DNA of 64,000 nt from Ramazzottius varieornatus (lineage: Eukaryota; Animalia; Tardigrada), in the NCBI GenBank assembly GCA_001949185.1, contig BDGG01000001.1:6906325-6970324 (forward strand). Reading direction: 5' to 3'. The notes under the pieces were generated by a model. That model searched no databases. It had not been told where the DNA came from and saw only the letters and a program-made list of their open reading frames with translations. This document shows positions 1-13,435 of this stretch, piece after piece (position 1 is the first letter of the stretch; each line of letters opens with the position of its first letter). Position numbers and translations under genes: made by a program.

Positions 1-3000
1 TCTCCAACCTCGATTCGGTCTTTGGGTACTTTTACGATGCCAAGGAGAAAGAAATTATGCCCTGGACCAGCTCCATCACACCCTTCAAACTCAACCCCGA
101 ACTACCAGTTCAAGTATGTGTGTGTGTGGTTGATTATGCTTGATTGATTTGATGACTGAGATCCGTACTGTGGACGTCCAAGTTCTCCATCTCTTGTGAT
201 TAGTTCAACATGGCAAAATTGTTTTTCAGGCCCAATTGGTTCAGACAGCAGAGACTGTTCGTATCCGTTTCCTTCTAAACCTGTTGATCAAAGTTGGGAA
301 GCCGGTGATGTTGGTGGGACCGGCCGGTTCCGGCAAGTCGGTCTTGATGAACGACTCGTTGAAGCGTTTGCCCACCGACGATTTCGCTGTCACTCAAATC
401 TCTTTCAACTTTTACACCACCTCCATGATGTTGCAAAATATGATGGAGAAACCATTGGAAAAGAAGTCAGGCCGAAGCTACGGACCGGTCGGCAACAAGA
501 GGATGATATACTTTATCGACGACATGAATATGCCCGAAGTAAGCACCAACCCCCAACCATTTCATTATTTTCCGTGACTGTACCCTGTACACTTCCGTGT
601 TGCAGGTCGACAAGTATGGAACTGTGCAACCGCACACCATAATCAAGCAGCACATTGACTACGGCCACTGGTACGACAGGCAAAAGCTCTTCGCCAAGGA
701 CATTTTGAATTGCCAATACCTGTCTTGCATGAATCCAGCGGCCGGTAGTTTCACCATTATACCGCGTTTACAGGTACGATAAAGAGGTTTTTGACATCGA
801 AAATCATTCCTTCGTACATACCGGAATAATGATTGCATGTGTTGGACGGTTGTAGCGGCATTTCTCCGTCTTCACGATTGGCTTTCCGTCCAGCGACAGT
901 GTCTCGACCATTTACGGCTCGTTCGCACAGCAGCATTTTGAACAGAAAGGCTTCACCGACGTTGTGCGCAATACGGTCAACGCGGTCCTCCCGGCTGCGT
1001 TGATGCTACATGGCAAAGTAGCGGCCACCTTCCTTCCCACCGCCGTCAAGTTCCACTATGTCTTCAACTTGCGCGACTTGTCCACAATTTTCCAAGTAAG
1101 ATAGGAAATATATTTCTCTTCATAATTATCGAGTCAAGCCATTTGATGAATCTTCAATTTTCGTCAAAAGGGAATGATGTTTGCCAAGGCTGAACTGATC
1201 AAAACGAAAGACGAGGTGATCAAGCTATGGATGCACGAGAGCCTTCGGGTCTACTGCGACAAGCTGATCGGCAAGAAAGACATTGAGTCTTTCATGAAGC
1301 TACTGGGCGATGTGGCCATCAAGTCCAAGCTGGTCGATGAAAAGTACATGGAGACGGTTAAGTACCTTCCTCACTGTCACTTTGCGCAAGGTGTCGGCGA
1401 GCCAAAGTATGCTCAAGTCAAGAGCATAGCCGAAATCCAGAAGATCCTCACTGGAGCTCTGACACTGTACAACGATGAATTACCCGCTATGAACCTCGTA
1501 CTCTTTCAAGACGCCATTGAACACATGTACGATGCCTTACATTTTCAGACAATATTGGAACATTGAGACTAAATCGGTCTTTTTCTTCTGTAGTTGTCGC
1601 ATCAACCGTATTCTGGAACTTCCTCGTGCCAACGCCCTTCTTGTCGGTGTCGGTGGGTGCGGAAAGCAAAGCTTATCAAGGCTAGCCGCTTACATCAGTG
1701 GACTTCAAGTCTTCCAGCTTACTCTCAGGAAAGGTTATGGTATAAATGATCTGAAGGTACGATGGTCGCTCGACGGTGAATTCTCGAGTTGAAGTGACTA
1801 GTGATGGCGCCTTGTTGGTATAGGCGGATTTGGCGGAAGTCTTCAGGAGGACCGGTGTGAAGAACGAGAACATTGTTTTCCTGATGACGGATAGCCAAGT
1901 ATCCGATGAGTCCTTCCTGGTGTTGATTAACGACTTGTTGGCCTCCGGTGAAGTACCGGATCTCTTTGCGCCTGACGTGGTGGAAGACATTATCAACGGT
2001 CTGCGGAACGAAGTCAAGGCTAATGGCTTGAACGATGACAATACCGGTGTCTGGCGCTACTTCCTGGATCGCGTTCGACGAAACCTCAAAGTAGGTATTT
2101 TGTGTTTTTTACCTCTCCCCTTTCTCGTCATTTCCGTCGACCTTTATGGAGTTTGGGGTCCCTTCGTAGGTCATTCTCTGTTTCTCCCCTGTCGGACCAA
2201 CTCTTCGTATGCGCAGTCGACGCTTCCCAGCTGTGACCAACTGTACCAGTATCGACTGGTTCCATGACTGGCCGCAAGAAGCGCTGATCTCTGTCAGCAA
2301 AACCTTCCTGCAAAATATCGAAGTTCTACCGGTAAGAAAATTGTAGTATTTTCCAAAAAAGTGATACGAGTGTATACGTAGGCTTTGGTGGCAAAACGTG
2401 CTAGATTGATGAGCCATTTAAGCTTCGACTGATGTTGTTCTCCATTCTACTTAGTGTAGCCATTTCCGCTGCGCACCACAGTTTCACGACTTTTTTCTAC
2501 GCTGCCGTTTATGTAGGCTGGTTTGCGAGACCCCATTTCGCAGTTTATGGCCTTTGTCCATTCTTCTGTCAACGACATTAGCGCAGTGTACCTGCAAAAC
2601 GAGCGGCGGTACAACTACACCACGCCCAAGAGTTTCTTGGAACACATTCGCCTGTATAGCACGCTACTGGCCAACAAGGTCCACGAAGTCCAGTCCAACA
2701 TGGGTCGCCTGGAGAACGGTCTGCAAAAGATTCGCAGCACTGCCACACAAGTCGACGACATGAAAGCCAAGCTCGCTACCAAAGAGAAAGAATTGGCCAT
2801 CAAAAACGAAGAAACAAACAAGCTGATCGAGATTGTCGAGAGGGAAAGTGCCAAAGTCGCCAAAGAAAAAGAAGCGGCCGACCACGAGGTAATCAGTCAG
2901 GAATTAATTGTTGCTGAGTCAGAGTTGAAAGCTCGGCAAACAAATTTGGCAAGATCGTTTTACCCAGGTGGCGCACGATTTCAGCTGACCACTGTGGATA

Positions 3001-6000
3001 CGTGCGCGACTTGGGAAAATAATTAAACTAGTCAATATCATTTCTTTTCAAGTGGCGCATTCTCCTAAGGCAACAGCACTGAGGAAGTTCGCCACTTGGA
3101 ATACTAGTTTTGTCCAGCTTGTTAACCGAGCTTGCAGTTATCATCTGTCTATGAAAAAAACCTTCTTCATCCAGGCCAAATCTGTCGCTGTGGTTGCTGC
3201 TGAAGTTACGCAGAAACAACGTGACTGTGAGAAAGACCTCCTGTTAGCTGAGCCGTCGTTGAGAGCTACTTTAGCTGCTTTGGACACTCTAGACAAGGTA
3301 TTTGTCAGTATCATACCGCGAGACGAATGTCCCCTTTTTTCCTGCGAACACCATGACACTGTTGTAGACCAACTTGACGGAATTGAAGTCTTTCGGCTCG
3401 CCGCCGCCCATCTGCGTGGACATTCTTGGTGCAGTGATGTGTCTGCTAGCTCCTGGTGGTAAAGTGCCCAAAGACCGCTCTTGGAAAGCAGCAAAAGTGA
3501 CCATGGCTAAGGTCGATGTCTTCCTGGACCAGTTGAAAAACTACGACAAAGAACACATTCCAGAGTCGTACTTGAGAGCGGTCGATCCGTACCTGAAGAA
3601 GCCCGACTTTGATCCACCGCAGGTGGAGTCCAAGTCCAAGGCTGCTGCTGGTCTCTGCTCATGGGTTATCAAGTACAAATAACCCTCTTCGTGCACTCTA
3701 TGAATATTGCTAGGAATTAACCGGTGGTTGGGATTTTTTTGTAGCATTGTCAATTATTATCGAGTGTACTGTGATGTGGAACCGAAGCGCATCATTTTGG
3801 CTCAAGCTAACGCCGACTTGGCGGAGAAGCTCAACCGGCTGCAGGATGCGCGCAACCGGGTAGCCAAGCTGGAGCATGACCGTGATAAACTGACCAGCCA
3901 GTTGAAAGAAGCCCAGATCGAACAAGCAAAGTCCCTGAAGGAGACAGAAACGACCAGCCGTATCATCGTTCTGGCCAACCGGCTGAGTACGTTGGACTTG
4001 CAGTATCTCGAACTTTCCTACCGGGTCATCCTGAGACAACTTTCAGTTTATTGCCAAGCTCTGTTGTAGTGGGTGGATTGGCTTCGGAGAATATTCGCTG
4101 GGCAAACCAAGTGCAGCAGTTCAAGAAGAGCGAAGAGTCACTTCCGGGTGACGTTCTGCTTGTGTCGGCCTTCGTCTCCTATGTGGGCAGCTTCACCAGG
4201 AAGTACCGCTTAATCCTTATGGACCAAAAGTGGAAACCCTTTATGGCGACTATCAACGTAAGTCCTTAGAGATTTTTTCGTTCATCGGAAAGATACCAGA
4301 CGTTACAGAAACGGTAGAAGAACGACGGAATTCTGCATCGCGTCATGCTTTGACATGTCACCGTTCATGACGGAAGTCGTTGGATCATGAAGTTTATTCA
4401 GAGAAATACTTTTGACTTTTTCTTGCTCTTGTGGAGAGTACGCATCTCTGTGATTTTTGCAGCCGAAAATTCCGGTGACACCAGGCATCGATTTTTTGTC
4501 CCTCATCACCGACGACGCCATCATCGCCAACTGGAACAACCAAGGTTTGCCCAGTGACCGCATTTCGACAGAGAACGCCGTCATTCTCACCACCTCTGAA
4601 CGCTGGCCGCTGGTCATCGATCCACAGCTACAAGGTGTTCGCTGGATCCGCGGCATGTACGCCGACGACCTGCAAGTCATCCGACTGGGACAGAAGGGCT
4701 ACTTGGACCAGCTGGAATTTAGCATCTCCTCTGGTCTACCGACATTGATCGAGAATATTGAAGAGAACCTCGACCCCATACTTGATCCGCTCATCGCTCG
4801 CAATACCATCAAGAAAGGCTGCGCTATCAAAATTGGCGAGAAGCAAATCGAATACCACCCCAAATTCCGGTATGAAAATTGAAGGCCGGTGCAAGATCGA
4901 CGTCTTGAATGTCCACGAATATAACATGGTCGCACATGCGCGCAATGAAGATAAATAACTTTGGTACAATGAATCGTAAACTCACATGCTAATGTTTTTT
5001 TGTGCTCTTAGATTAATCTTACACACGAAACTGGCCAACCCGCATTACCGGCCGGAAATGCAAGCCCAAGCCGCCCTCATCAACTTCACAGTCACGCGTA
5101 GCGGTCTGGAAGACCAGCTTCTGGGCGCCGTCGTCAGGACTGAACGCCCGGATCTGGAACAGCTCAAGTCCGACCTGACCAAGCAGCAGAATGACTTTAA
5201 GATCACTCTGAAGAAACTAGAAGATGGTCTTCTAAGACAGTTGTCCGCGGCGGAAGGTAACTTCCTGGGCAACGTCGAGCTGGTGGAAAGCCTGGAGTTG
5301 AACAAGCGCACGGCTATGGAAATCGAGGCGAAGGTCGCTGAAGCCATGATCACCGAACAGAACATCAACACAGCTCGTGAAACGTACCGACCGGCGGCGG
5401 CCAGAGCGTCCTTGCTGTACTTCATCCTCAACGACCTGAACAAGGTGAGATCGTTTCCGTACAGTTTCACGCGTGTGGAAGAATCAGTAGAATGGTCTGA
5501 TGTGTTTGTATTTCAGATCAACCCGATCTATCAATTTTCACTGGAGGCTTTCAACGTCGTCTTCCGTAATGCAATAGCCAGGACACCCCGTAATGACGAT
5601 GTGGCACTGCGAGTCAAAGCCCTGATCGAGTCGATCAACTTCCAAGTCTTCGTTTACACCACTCGTGGATTGTTCGAAAAAGACAAGATTATCTTCACGG
5701 CAATGATGACCTTCCAGGTAAGGTCTTTTAAATGTATTCAGTCGTCAGATTTGGCAAAGCAAAAAATTAAACTGTCATATTTCCTTTGTCAAATCGGAAC
5801 ATTTAATTTAATTTACGTCTAATATCAGGATGACTGATATTGGTAGTAACAAGAACGCCAATATGGAATTGTCAATTTTCTATGTGTTGTTATGTGGTTT
5901 CCATCACTTGGTTCATTCTACCGGATCGAGCTTGTGTTTCAACGTTTGAAATACTAGTAGCGTCGTGTCCACAGAGAGCCCGTATGCAATGCTTAATCTT

Positions 6001-9000
6001 CCTAGGTTCTACAACAAGTGAAAGACATGACGCCCGCCGAGCTAGACTTTTTCCTCCGTCTGCCCAACGACCCATCCAACGCATCACCCGTAGAGTTCCT
6101 GAGCGACTATTCTTGGGGCACAGTCAAAGCACTGGCAGCCACCGAAGACTTCAAAAACCTCGACAAAGACATCGAAGGGTCTGCCAAGCGCTGGAAGAAG
6201 ATTGTCGAATGTGACACGCCCGAACGGGAGAAATTGCCACAAGAATGGAAGGGCAAGTCCGCCTTGCAGCGTATGATGATCATTCGAGCTCTTCGCCCTG
6301 ATCGTATGATCTACGCAGTCAAGTATGTTGTCCTTGCTCCATCCAAACCCTCAAACCAACTTGAATGAGAATTGGTCGTAGGGTGTTTGTGGAAGAGAAA
6401 TTGGGTGAGCGTTACGTCAACAATCGGACGATGGAATTTGGGCGGTCTTTCGAAGAGTCGGGTCCGTCTACGCCCATTTTCTTCATCCTCTCGCCTGGTG
6501 TGGACCCTCTGAAGGATGTGGAAGCTTTGGGAAAGAAGATCGGCTTTACGTCGGATAACGGACGATTCCACAGCGTCTCACTTGGCCAAGGCCAGGAACC
6601 GGTGGCTGATCGGGCTTTGGAAGTGGCAGCTGAACACGGCCATTGGGTCATCTTACAGGTAGGCGTGGTGCTGCAAATATGTGGGAAAGTCGTAGAAGAA
6701 TGCCAAGATACATAGGTACATTACGAGGGAAAAGACATTAGTCCGTCCAGCGAAAATTTCGGACATAAATCCGTCCAAACCGCGGTATGGGGTGGCAGCA
6801 CAACGCAGGTTACACTGTCACGTGATTCCTCACAGCCTGAGTTCTTAGCCAATCTCCCAACATCGTCTACCTTCTTCTTAGCTGCCTTCGCAGCCTCCTC
6901 TTTCTCAAGCGCGCGGATGAACTCATCATCACTCACCATTTTACCTGCCTCGAGATTAAGGTGCCTGTTTTTGACTGATCGCTGCTTAACCGGTGCCTCC
7001 CTGCGCAAACGTTTCTGTAAAGCGTTCGCGGCCAGCATACCAGGCGTGATACCTTTCGCTATGAGCAAGATACTTTCCTCAGCCTTCTTCATGTCTTCGT
7101 CGGACTGATAGCCATAATATTCCGTCAGGACTTGAAACAGCTTGGCTTGGTCTTCTTTCTTCTTTTGCTCAACGAGTAATCCGCGACTGACTTTCGCTGG
7201 ATCATGGTGAGCCTTGACCGTGGCGCGAATAATCTCGGAGCTGAAGGGGAACAAGCCACATTTCTTCAATCCCGACGTCAGGCACTCCCCTGCGTTGAAC
7301 GCGAACCGCTCTTCACATCCCTCTTTCCGGAACCGTAACTTTACGAGATGGGAGCACAGGTTATCTTTCGTCACCTGATCGAACAGACGAGACAAAAGTT
7401 GCACAAATGGTCATTTTACCAGTACAGAATAGGTATTAGTTTAACAAAACATTTGGCGCACCGGCCCACCAGCCAAGACGTTTCGCGACGCTAAATAGTC
7501 GTGCCATCTCTTCTTTGACGAGGAGAAGGCAATTCACATGGGAGAAATGCCCATCGACGAAGAGAACATTCTGGAAGTGAAAAAAACCTTCCATTACAAT
7601 AACTCACCAATCCCTGACGTCACAGGAATAAATGAACGTTAAACCAATTTATCGGCATACAGCTTACTTCCGGTGACGTCACACGCAGGCACAAAATTCT
7701 TACCAGTGGTTCGGTGATCGCGGGAAAAACCTCGGCCTTCACATAGTTTGCAAAGAGTAACTGATCCATATATCACGACGCATTGACAGCTTGATAGCAC
7801 AGGTTATGGGTGTCATCTAGACGCGACTGGACGTGGAGTTTTCCGGAGAACAAGGCCATGAATCGAAGCTGCAGGCCAGCTGCGTTACCACAAGGAAGGA
7901 TTGTCACCAGCTTCTTCTCTATGCCGTCGTACTGCGACGCGATCTGTCTCACTCCTTTCCTTGCGATGATGCGATCGCACAGTCTGACTGTATCAAACGC
8001 TGTTTCGTCAAGGTTCCAAACCTGGCCTGGCCTTTCAAGGAATCCTTGATCTTTCAAAGCTTGTTAATTCCTGATGTATTCTTCGCACTTGGCTTCCGTC
8101 CATTCACGGTCCTTCTTTTTGTTGGAAGCATGGGTAATGCGGAGCGAAAGATCCTTGTGTCTAGATATAAAGCGTCAAAAGTACTTGTCGCCAAAACTCA
8201 GGTTCTCGATCCCTACGACCACAGAAAGCCATATTAAGCATGCTCACGGCGAACTCAGAATAAATAAACCCCAGTGCATAGATCCAGAATTTAGTTTTGG
8301 CTTACCAAGCTCAGCTGCCATCTCTGAGATCACTTGCAGAGAATGGAATCGATTCAACAGAACTCCCATATCCGCACAGCTGACTAACATGTCAACCAGC
8401 TCTTTCTCTGCCCATACTGGAAGTTTTGCTGGGGAACCTTTTGCCTTGGGCTCAGGATTTACCATTCGATCGCGCATGGTTGATCGGGGAACGCCGAACT
8501 GCTTTGCCGCAGCATGTTGGCTTAGACCGTCTTTCGTCGCCAGGATCGCTGCTTCCAGCATCAGCTCCTTGCTTACCTGAGCCGCCGTCTTTAGTCTGGC
8601 AACTGCCTTACTCGTCAAAGCCATCTTTGAGACACATGGAAGATCAAAGAAACGTTCTTTCTTGAAATTGGCTTTGCTGCATGGGCATCGAGACGCAGTT
8701 TTACTCGCCGGAAATACGTCACAGAGATGAAAGGCACTCGCAAAACGCTTAAGGAAATACTTTATTAGTTGAAAAAGCAGCTGTGACGTTGATTGCCGTG
8801 AAACCGACGATCAGGGTGAGTCACCCGAAAATATTACACAGACGCCTCTGCAGGCCTGGGACTTTTTTCGTGCGTCGGCTCTTTAACATGGCGTTTCGGC
8901 GTGTTTCATCCCGATCCTTCTTTCTCGTTTGGGCTCCGGCAAATGGCTCCCAGATCAGTTACGTTGAAACAAGAAAGGTTTTCCCTATCGACTGAGGTAC

Positions 9001-11687
9001 AATGAGACAAATTTTGGCGAGCGACTTTGCAAAAACCATCTGGACGGATTTATGTCCGAAATATTCACTGGACGGATTAATGTCCTTTCCCTCGTACTTG
9101 GAAGCAGTGTTTCTGACTACAGTACGGTATGACCTGCGCTGACAGCAGCACGCTGTTTAAACGTCATAGAAGTCAGAGTAAGAAAATGGACTTTCGTCAT
9201 TTTTCGCTCTTTCTTTATCCCGATCAAAGTATCGGTAAAATGCCGGAGATTTCTAATGAAGATTTAAAGAGATATTCCCTCCAGTACAATGAAAAACGTG
9301 CTTACCTTCTCCTGATCAAATTTGACTGCTTTATTGTACATACGCACACCCACTGCAACTGCACTAATGTGTCCACAACTGCTAATCAAATTTGTTGACG
9401 AGAAGGCAAGCACTTTGTTCATTGTATAATATTCGACCTGATTGTCGAAAATTGTCATTGGCGCAGTAAGTTTTCTTGCGGTTACAAGAGTACACCATGT
9501 TAATTTCAGAATATTCATCTGGTGAAGAAATGGCTGCCACTGCTAGAAAAGAAATACGAGCAGCTGTCCCAAAGCGCCCACAAAGACTTCCGCGTGTTCC
9601 TCAGTGCCGAGCCTGCGCCCGTCGCCAGCGCTCACATTATTCCACAAGGCCTTCTGGAGAACGCCATCAAAATTACCAACGAACCACCGACCGGCATGCA
9701 GGCCAACCTTCACAAAGCCCTGGACAACTTCAACCAGGAAACGCTGGAACAATGCAGTCGCGAGACGGAATTCAAGTGCATCCTCTTCGCTCTGTCTTAC
9801 TTCCATGCCTGTGTGGCCGAACGAAGGAAGTTTGGACCGCAAGGCTGGAACAGACCGTACCCCTTCAACAACGGGGACTTGACCATCAGCTCATCTGTGC
9901 TGTATAACTATCTGGAGAATAATGCCAAAGTACCGTGGACGGATCTGCGATACCTTTTCGGTGAGATTATGTATGGCGGACATATCACCGATGACTGGGA
10001 CAGAAGGCTGTGTCGATCGTACTTGGAAGAGTACCTCAAGCCAGAAATGGTAACTATGCATGTACCATCACCGGCCGAAACGTCCTTACGCGAAACAATA
10101 TCGTGCGGACGATATTTCTAGTTTCGTAAAAATCACTGAAAAATTTATACTTTTGTCGACTTGAAGCAAATCAACCATGGTCCACCATGAATCCACTATG
10201 AATCCACCATGAGAGCGTTTTTGAAATATGGATGAAAATATCGTAGAAAAATCGCTCAGGTTTTTGGCTTTACCTTCAGCGGACTGAGCGTTCTCTTGAA
10301 GTGTGTGGTAAACAGGAAAAAGCTGTTACCAATCAGACTTTTTCCCTTGTGTAGATTGACAACGACTTTTACCTGGCACCGGGTTTCCGACTTCCGGGTC
10401 CGACCGACTACAAAGCCTACCATTCTTACATTGACGAGTTCCTTCCGCCTGAGTCTCCCTACCTCTACGGCCTCCATCCAAACGCTGAAATCGGCTTCCT
10501 CACCGCCACCTCCGAGAACCTCTTCCGTACAGTCTTGGAAATGCAACCTCGCGACAGCGGCGACAGCGGGTCGGCTGGCTCATCTCGCGAAGAGAAAGTC
10601 AGTGCCGCCGTGGAAAACGTCTTGAGCAAATTATCTCCTGCCTTCAACATGCAAGAACTGTATGCCAAAGCCGAAGAGCGCACGCCCTACACGGTGGTGT
10701 CGTTACAAGAATGTGAGCGGATGAATATCTTGAGCAGTGAGATGAAGAGGTCGCTGCAAGAACTAAAGTTGGGGCTGAAGGGTGAATTGACGATATCGCC
10801 GCAGATGGACGAATTGTCTAATGCGCTGTACTTTGATACCATTCCCCCGGCTTGGATGAAGTACGCCTATCCCTCGCTGAGGGCGCTGTCCTCGTGGATT
10901 GTCGACTTGCAAAACAGGATACGAGAACTCGAACGTATGTAATCACTAGAACGAGTTTGAAGTCTACTACAAAAATCGTTTTCTGTCTAGTCGAAAATTT
11001 GCTGTTTATCAAATTTTTGAAAATGATGAGAGGTTATTTTGAGAAGCGCTATCTTTTCAATCTCCCTCTTTTTTACGTTACTTTCATACCGTAAGTCGAC
11101 CATTAAACGTTTGGGCGCAGTATTGTATAATTGGTTTTCGTCTTTTCAGAATGGACAACGGACTTTAAGGTTCCATGTTCGGTATGGCTCGGCGGCCTTT
11201 TTAACCCACAGTCCTTCTTGACAGCCATCATGCAAGTCACCGCCCGCAAGAACGAATGGCCTCTCGACAGAATGACCCTGCAGATCGAAGTGACCAAGAA
11301 GCAAAAAGAAGAGTGCACATACTCGACGAGAGACGGCTCCTACATCCACGGGCTCTTCATGGAAGGTGCTCGCTGGGACATGCAGATGGGCTCGGTCACC
11401 GACGCTAAAATCAAGGAGCTCTTCTGTCCGCTGCCCATGATCTTCGTCAAAGCCATTCCGGCCGACAAGGAAGACGCTCGCTCGGTCTACGAGTGTCCCG
11501 TCTACAAAATCAAAACTCGAGGAGACACTTTTGTCGTTGCCTTCAAAATAAAGGTAATCGCTAGCGCTACATCCGTCCTTCGGCAAAAGAGTGGAAAATC
11601 TGCACGCTGAATGCTTCCTTTTTCTAGGCGAAAGACCGACCGACCAAATGGATTCTAGGCGGCGTGGCTCTCTTACTGGAAGTGTGA
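1..11687 (+). CDS. Axonemal outer-arm dynein heavy chain (beta type, DNAH9/11/17-like), multi-exon, 5'-partial
   Basis: Exons joined by GT-AG introns encode the AAA3 P-loop (GPAGSGKS), AAA4 (GVGGCGKQS), stalk/MTBD (ELKSFGSPP), AAA5 ([12 protein letters not shown]), AAA6 ([22 protein letters not shown]) and the C-terminus [15 protein letters not shown] (11685-11687). The gene starts upstream of the window. Confidence 0.96.
2929..3133. repeat. Palindromic MITE-like element, double-core copy (dynein intron)
   Basis: GCTCGGCAAAC...CCGAGC outer arms enclosing two GTGGCGCA-N25/26-(T)GCGCCAC-type cores. Confidence 0.85.
6724..9094 (-). mobile_element. pogo/Tigger-type (Tc1/mariner superfamily) DNA transposon in a dynein intron, decayed
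   Basis: 54-bp TIRs at 6724-6777 and 9041-9094 (CGAGGGAAA(A/G)GACATTA..., 4 mismatches), flanked by TA at 6722-6723 and 9095-9096. Transposase remnant inside. Confidence 0.95.
6780..8624 (-). pseudogene. pogo-family transposase pseudogene (HTH-psq, HTH-CENPB, DDE_1), intron-containing
   Basis: Motifs [28 protein letters not shown]...[30 protein letters not shown] and [11 protein letters not shown]. In-frame stops at 8175-8177, 8064-8066 and 7773-7775. Apparent GT-AG introns at 8213-8305 and 7571-7703. Confidence 0.88.
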
Positions 11688-11998
11688 ATCTCCATTGTCT
11701 TGTTCGTTCGCTGGTTTTCCCTACCTTTCCACCATCGGTCTGCAGTGATCCGCCCTGTTGTACGAACCGTGGGTTTGTTGAACAGCTTGCCATCGCGGCT
11801 GACGTGTCGCCGGTGAACCGTGTTTCGTACCATGTCTGTACGAAATCAGCTCTGTTCTATCAAGGCTGTCAGCCTGAAGTTTTCAAAGTCGAAAGTCTTT
11901 TTATTAGTAAAAATATCATCTCGCATCTCGACACGGCTCCGCGCTGGGCACAACAAAAGCGATTCATACTTTTTTATGGCCAAGAAAGAAACAGGAAG

Positions 11999-13027
11999 TC
12001 ACTCGGCAGTGGTGTCGTGAAAGTCGTTCAGATTATCCTCCGGAACGAAGGACTCTGTCACAGGCGTAACAGCAACAGTGCCTTCTAACGTTCTTCCAGC
12101 TGGAAAAAAAGGAGACCCACATTTTCCATCCTTGCCTGTTTGCAATGCTCTAGGTCAAACGAAGGATGAGACTCACCGTAGCGATACTTTTTGTCGGCTT
12201 TGGAAGGGAAAAAGACGCACCATTTCTAAAACAGAAAATCGCACAGATACCATCAGTCCAAGTTGGGTTCAAATTCTCAATAACTCTCCTTGTGATGTAG
12301 GTAGTTCACCATTACCTGTAACTCTTGATTTGGCTTCAAAATTTGCAGCTGATATCGGTCCTGGACCTGCAGAAACATGCTTGAAAGAAACTACGAACCA
12401 TCGCAGCAAACACATTTAGCCGCAGTCAAGTCGAACACGCATATGTCGTCACCGGTACCTCCCGTTCTAACACGCTAGTTACAAGAACGACTGTTTTGAC
12501 GTCACGCACCACTTCACTGGAATTTGCCTTGCGCGCTTTGAGAGAATACTTTTTTCGCTTTTCCGACACTGTCTTCCCGATTAACGAATTGATATCAATC
12601 TAAAACGATGAACACTCTTATTAAGCAAACTACGGAATGGCTTGAACGAACTTGGAAGCTATCTTACACCGGGAGGAATGGTGACGAGCATCAGCTGGAT
12701 ATTTGGGTCCTTCTCAAAGTCGTCGACGTAAATCTGCTCGCCTTCATCGCTGTCTTCTGGCGCAACATCGCCAAGGCCGTATACTTCATCATCCGAACTA
12801 ACCTCTTCCACCATTCGTTTCTTCGGCTTTGAAAGTTTCGGTGTCGCGGACCCCGTTCTCTGTTCCAGAGGATGAACTAGACTGGGAGTCTTCGGTGTGG
12901 CAGCAACGCTCCTCCGACCAGAAGCAACAGATGGTTTAGGCGACGGTGTGGCGTTCTTCGCTGTAGCTTGCGTGGACTTCGGCGTTGTTGTAGCCTTCGG
13001 TGTTGAAACCTTCGCTCGATTCATCAT
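11999..13027 (-). CDS. Multi-exon gene, possibly RNA polymerase I subunit A34/PAF49 (RPA34)-like
   Basis: Spliced reading: Lys/Thr/Pro-rich N-terminus, then IQLMLVTIPPG|IDINSLIGK...|...KKYRY|AGRTLEGTVAVTP...TGA (11999-12001). The 'LVTIPPGIDINSL' segment recalls A34-family proteins. Family call and start codon are uncertain. Confidence 0.45.
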
Positions 13028-13435
13028 GTACCTGTAGAAGGAGCACTTACTCGGAATCTGGGAAGTCCGAAGTTTGACTGTTCCAGGACCATTTTCTCGC
13101 ATAGTCAATCAAGTTCGGTAACCTTGATTGGCACTGTTACAGAACGAAGTCTGGTTGGCCATTGGGTGTCTCTCGTCTAGCGGGCGATTTGGCAGGCCGC
13201 AAATGCAATGAATTCAAATTGACTGATTTGTTTGAATGAATCTAAGTTTGTTGTGGTTTTTCTTGTTCTTGATGACATCATTCAAACTTGGCGTTTCATC
13301 GCATCGTTTCTCGTAATCGCGTTCCGATTCCAGCCTGGACTCTGGAGGTGGCCAATGTCGGTCTTCCGCCGACTCAGTTCAGCAAGCTTCTACGTGGGAA
13401 GACCGTCTTGCGCACCATAGAAGAAGCCGTTCGAT

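Noticed and set aside
10180-10212. Short tandem repeat (TCCACCATGAA-like, three copies) and scattered (GATT)n tracts
   Set aside because: Ordinary micro/minisatellite slippage with no further structure.
1500-11000. Apparent in-frame stops in dynein and other genes suggesting an alternative genetic code
   Set aside because: In the cases I checked, the stops fall inside short GT-AG introns and the spliced frames are open under the standard code.
196-11793. Long antisense or alternate-frame ORFs over dynein (e.g. 5045-5470, 11146-11793) and similar ones over other genes
   Set aside because: Shadow ORFs of codon-biased exons, with no recognisable motifs.
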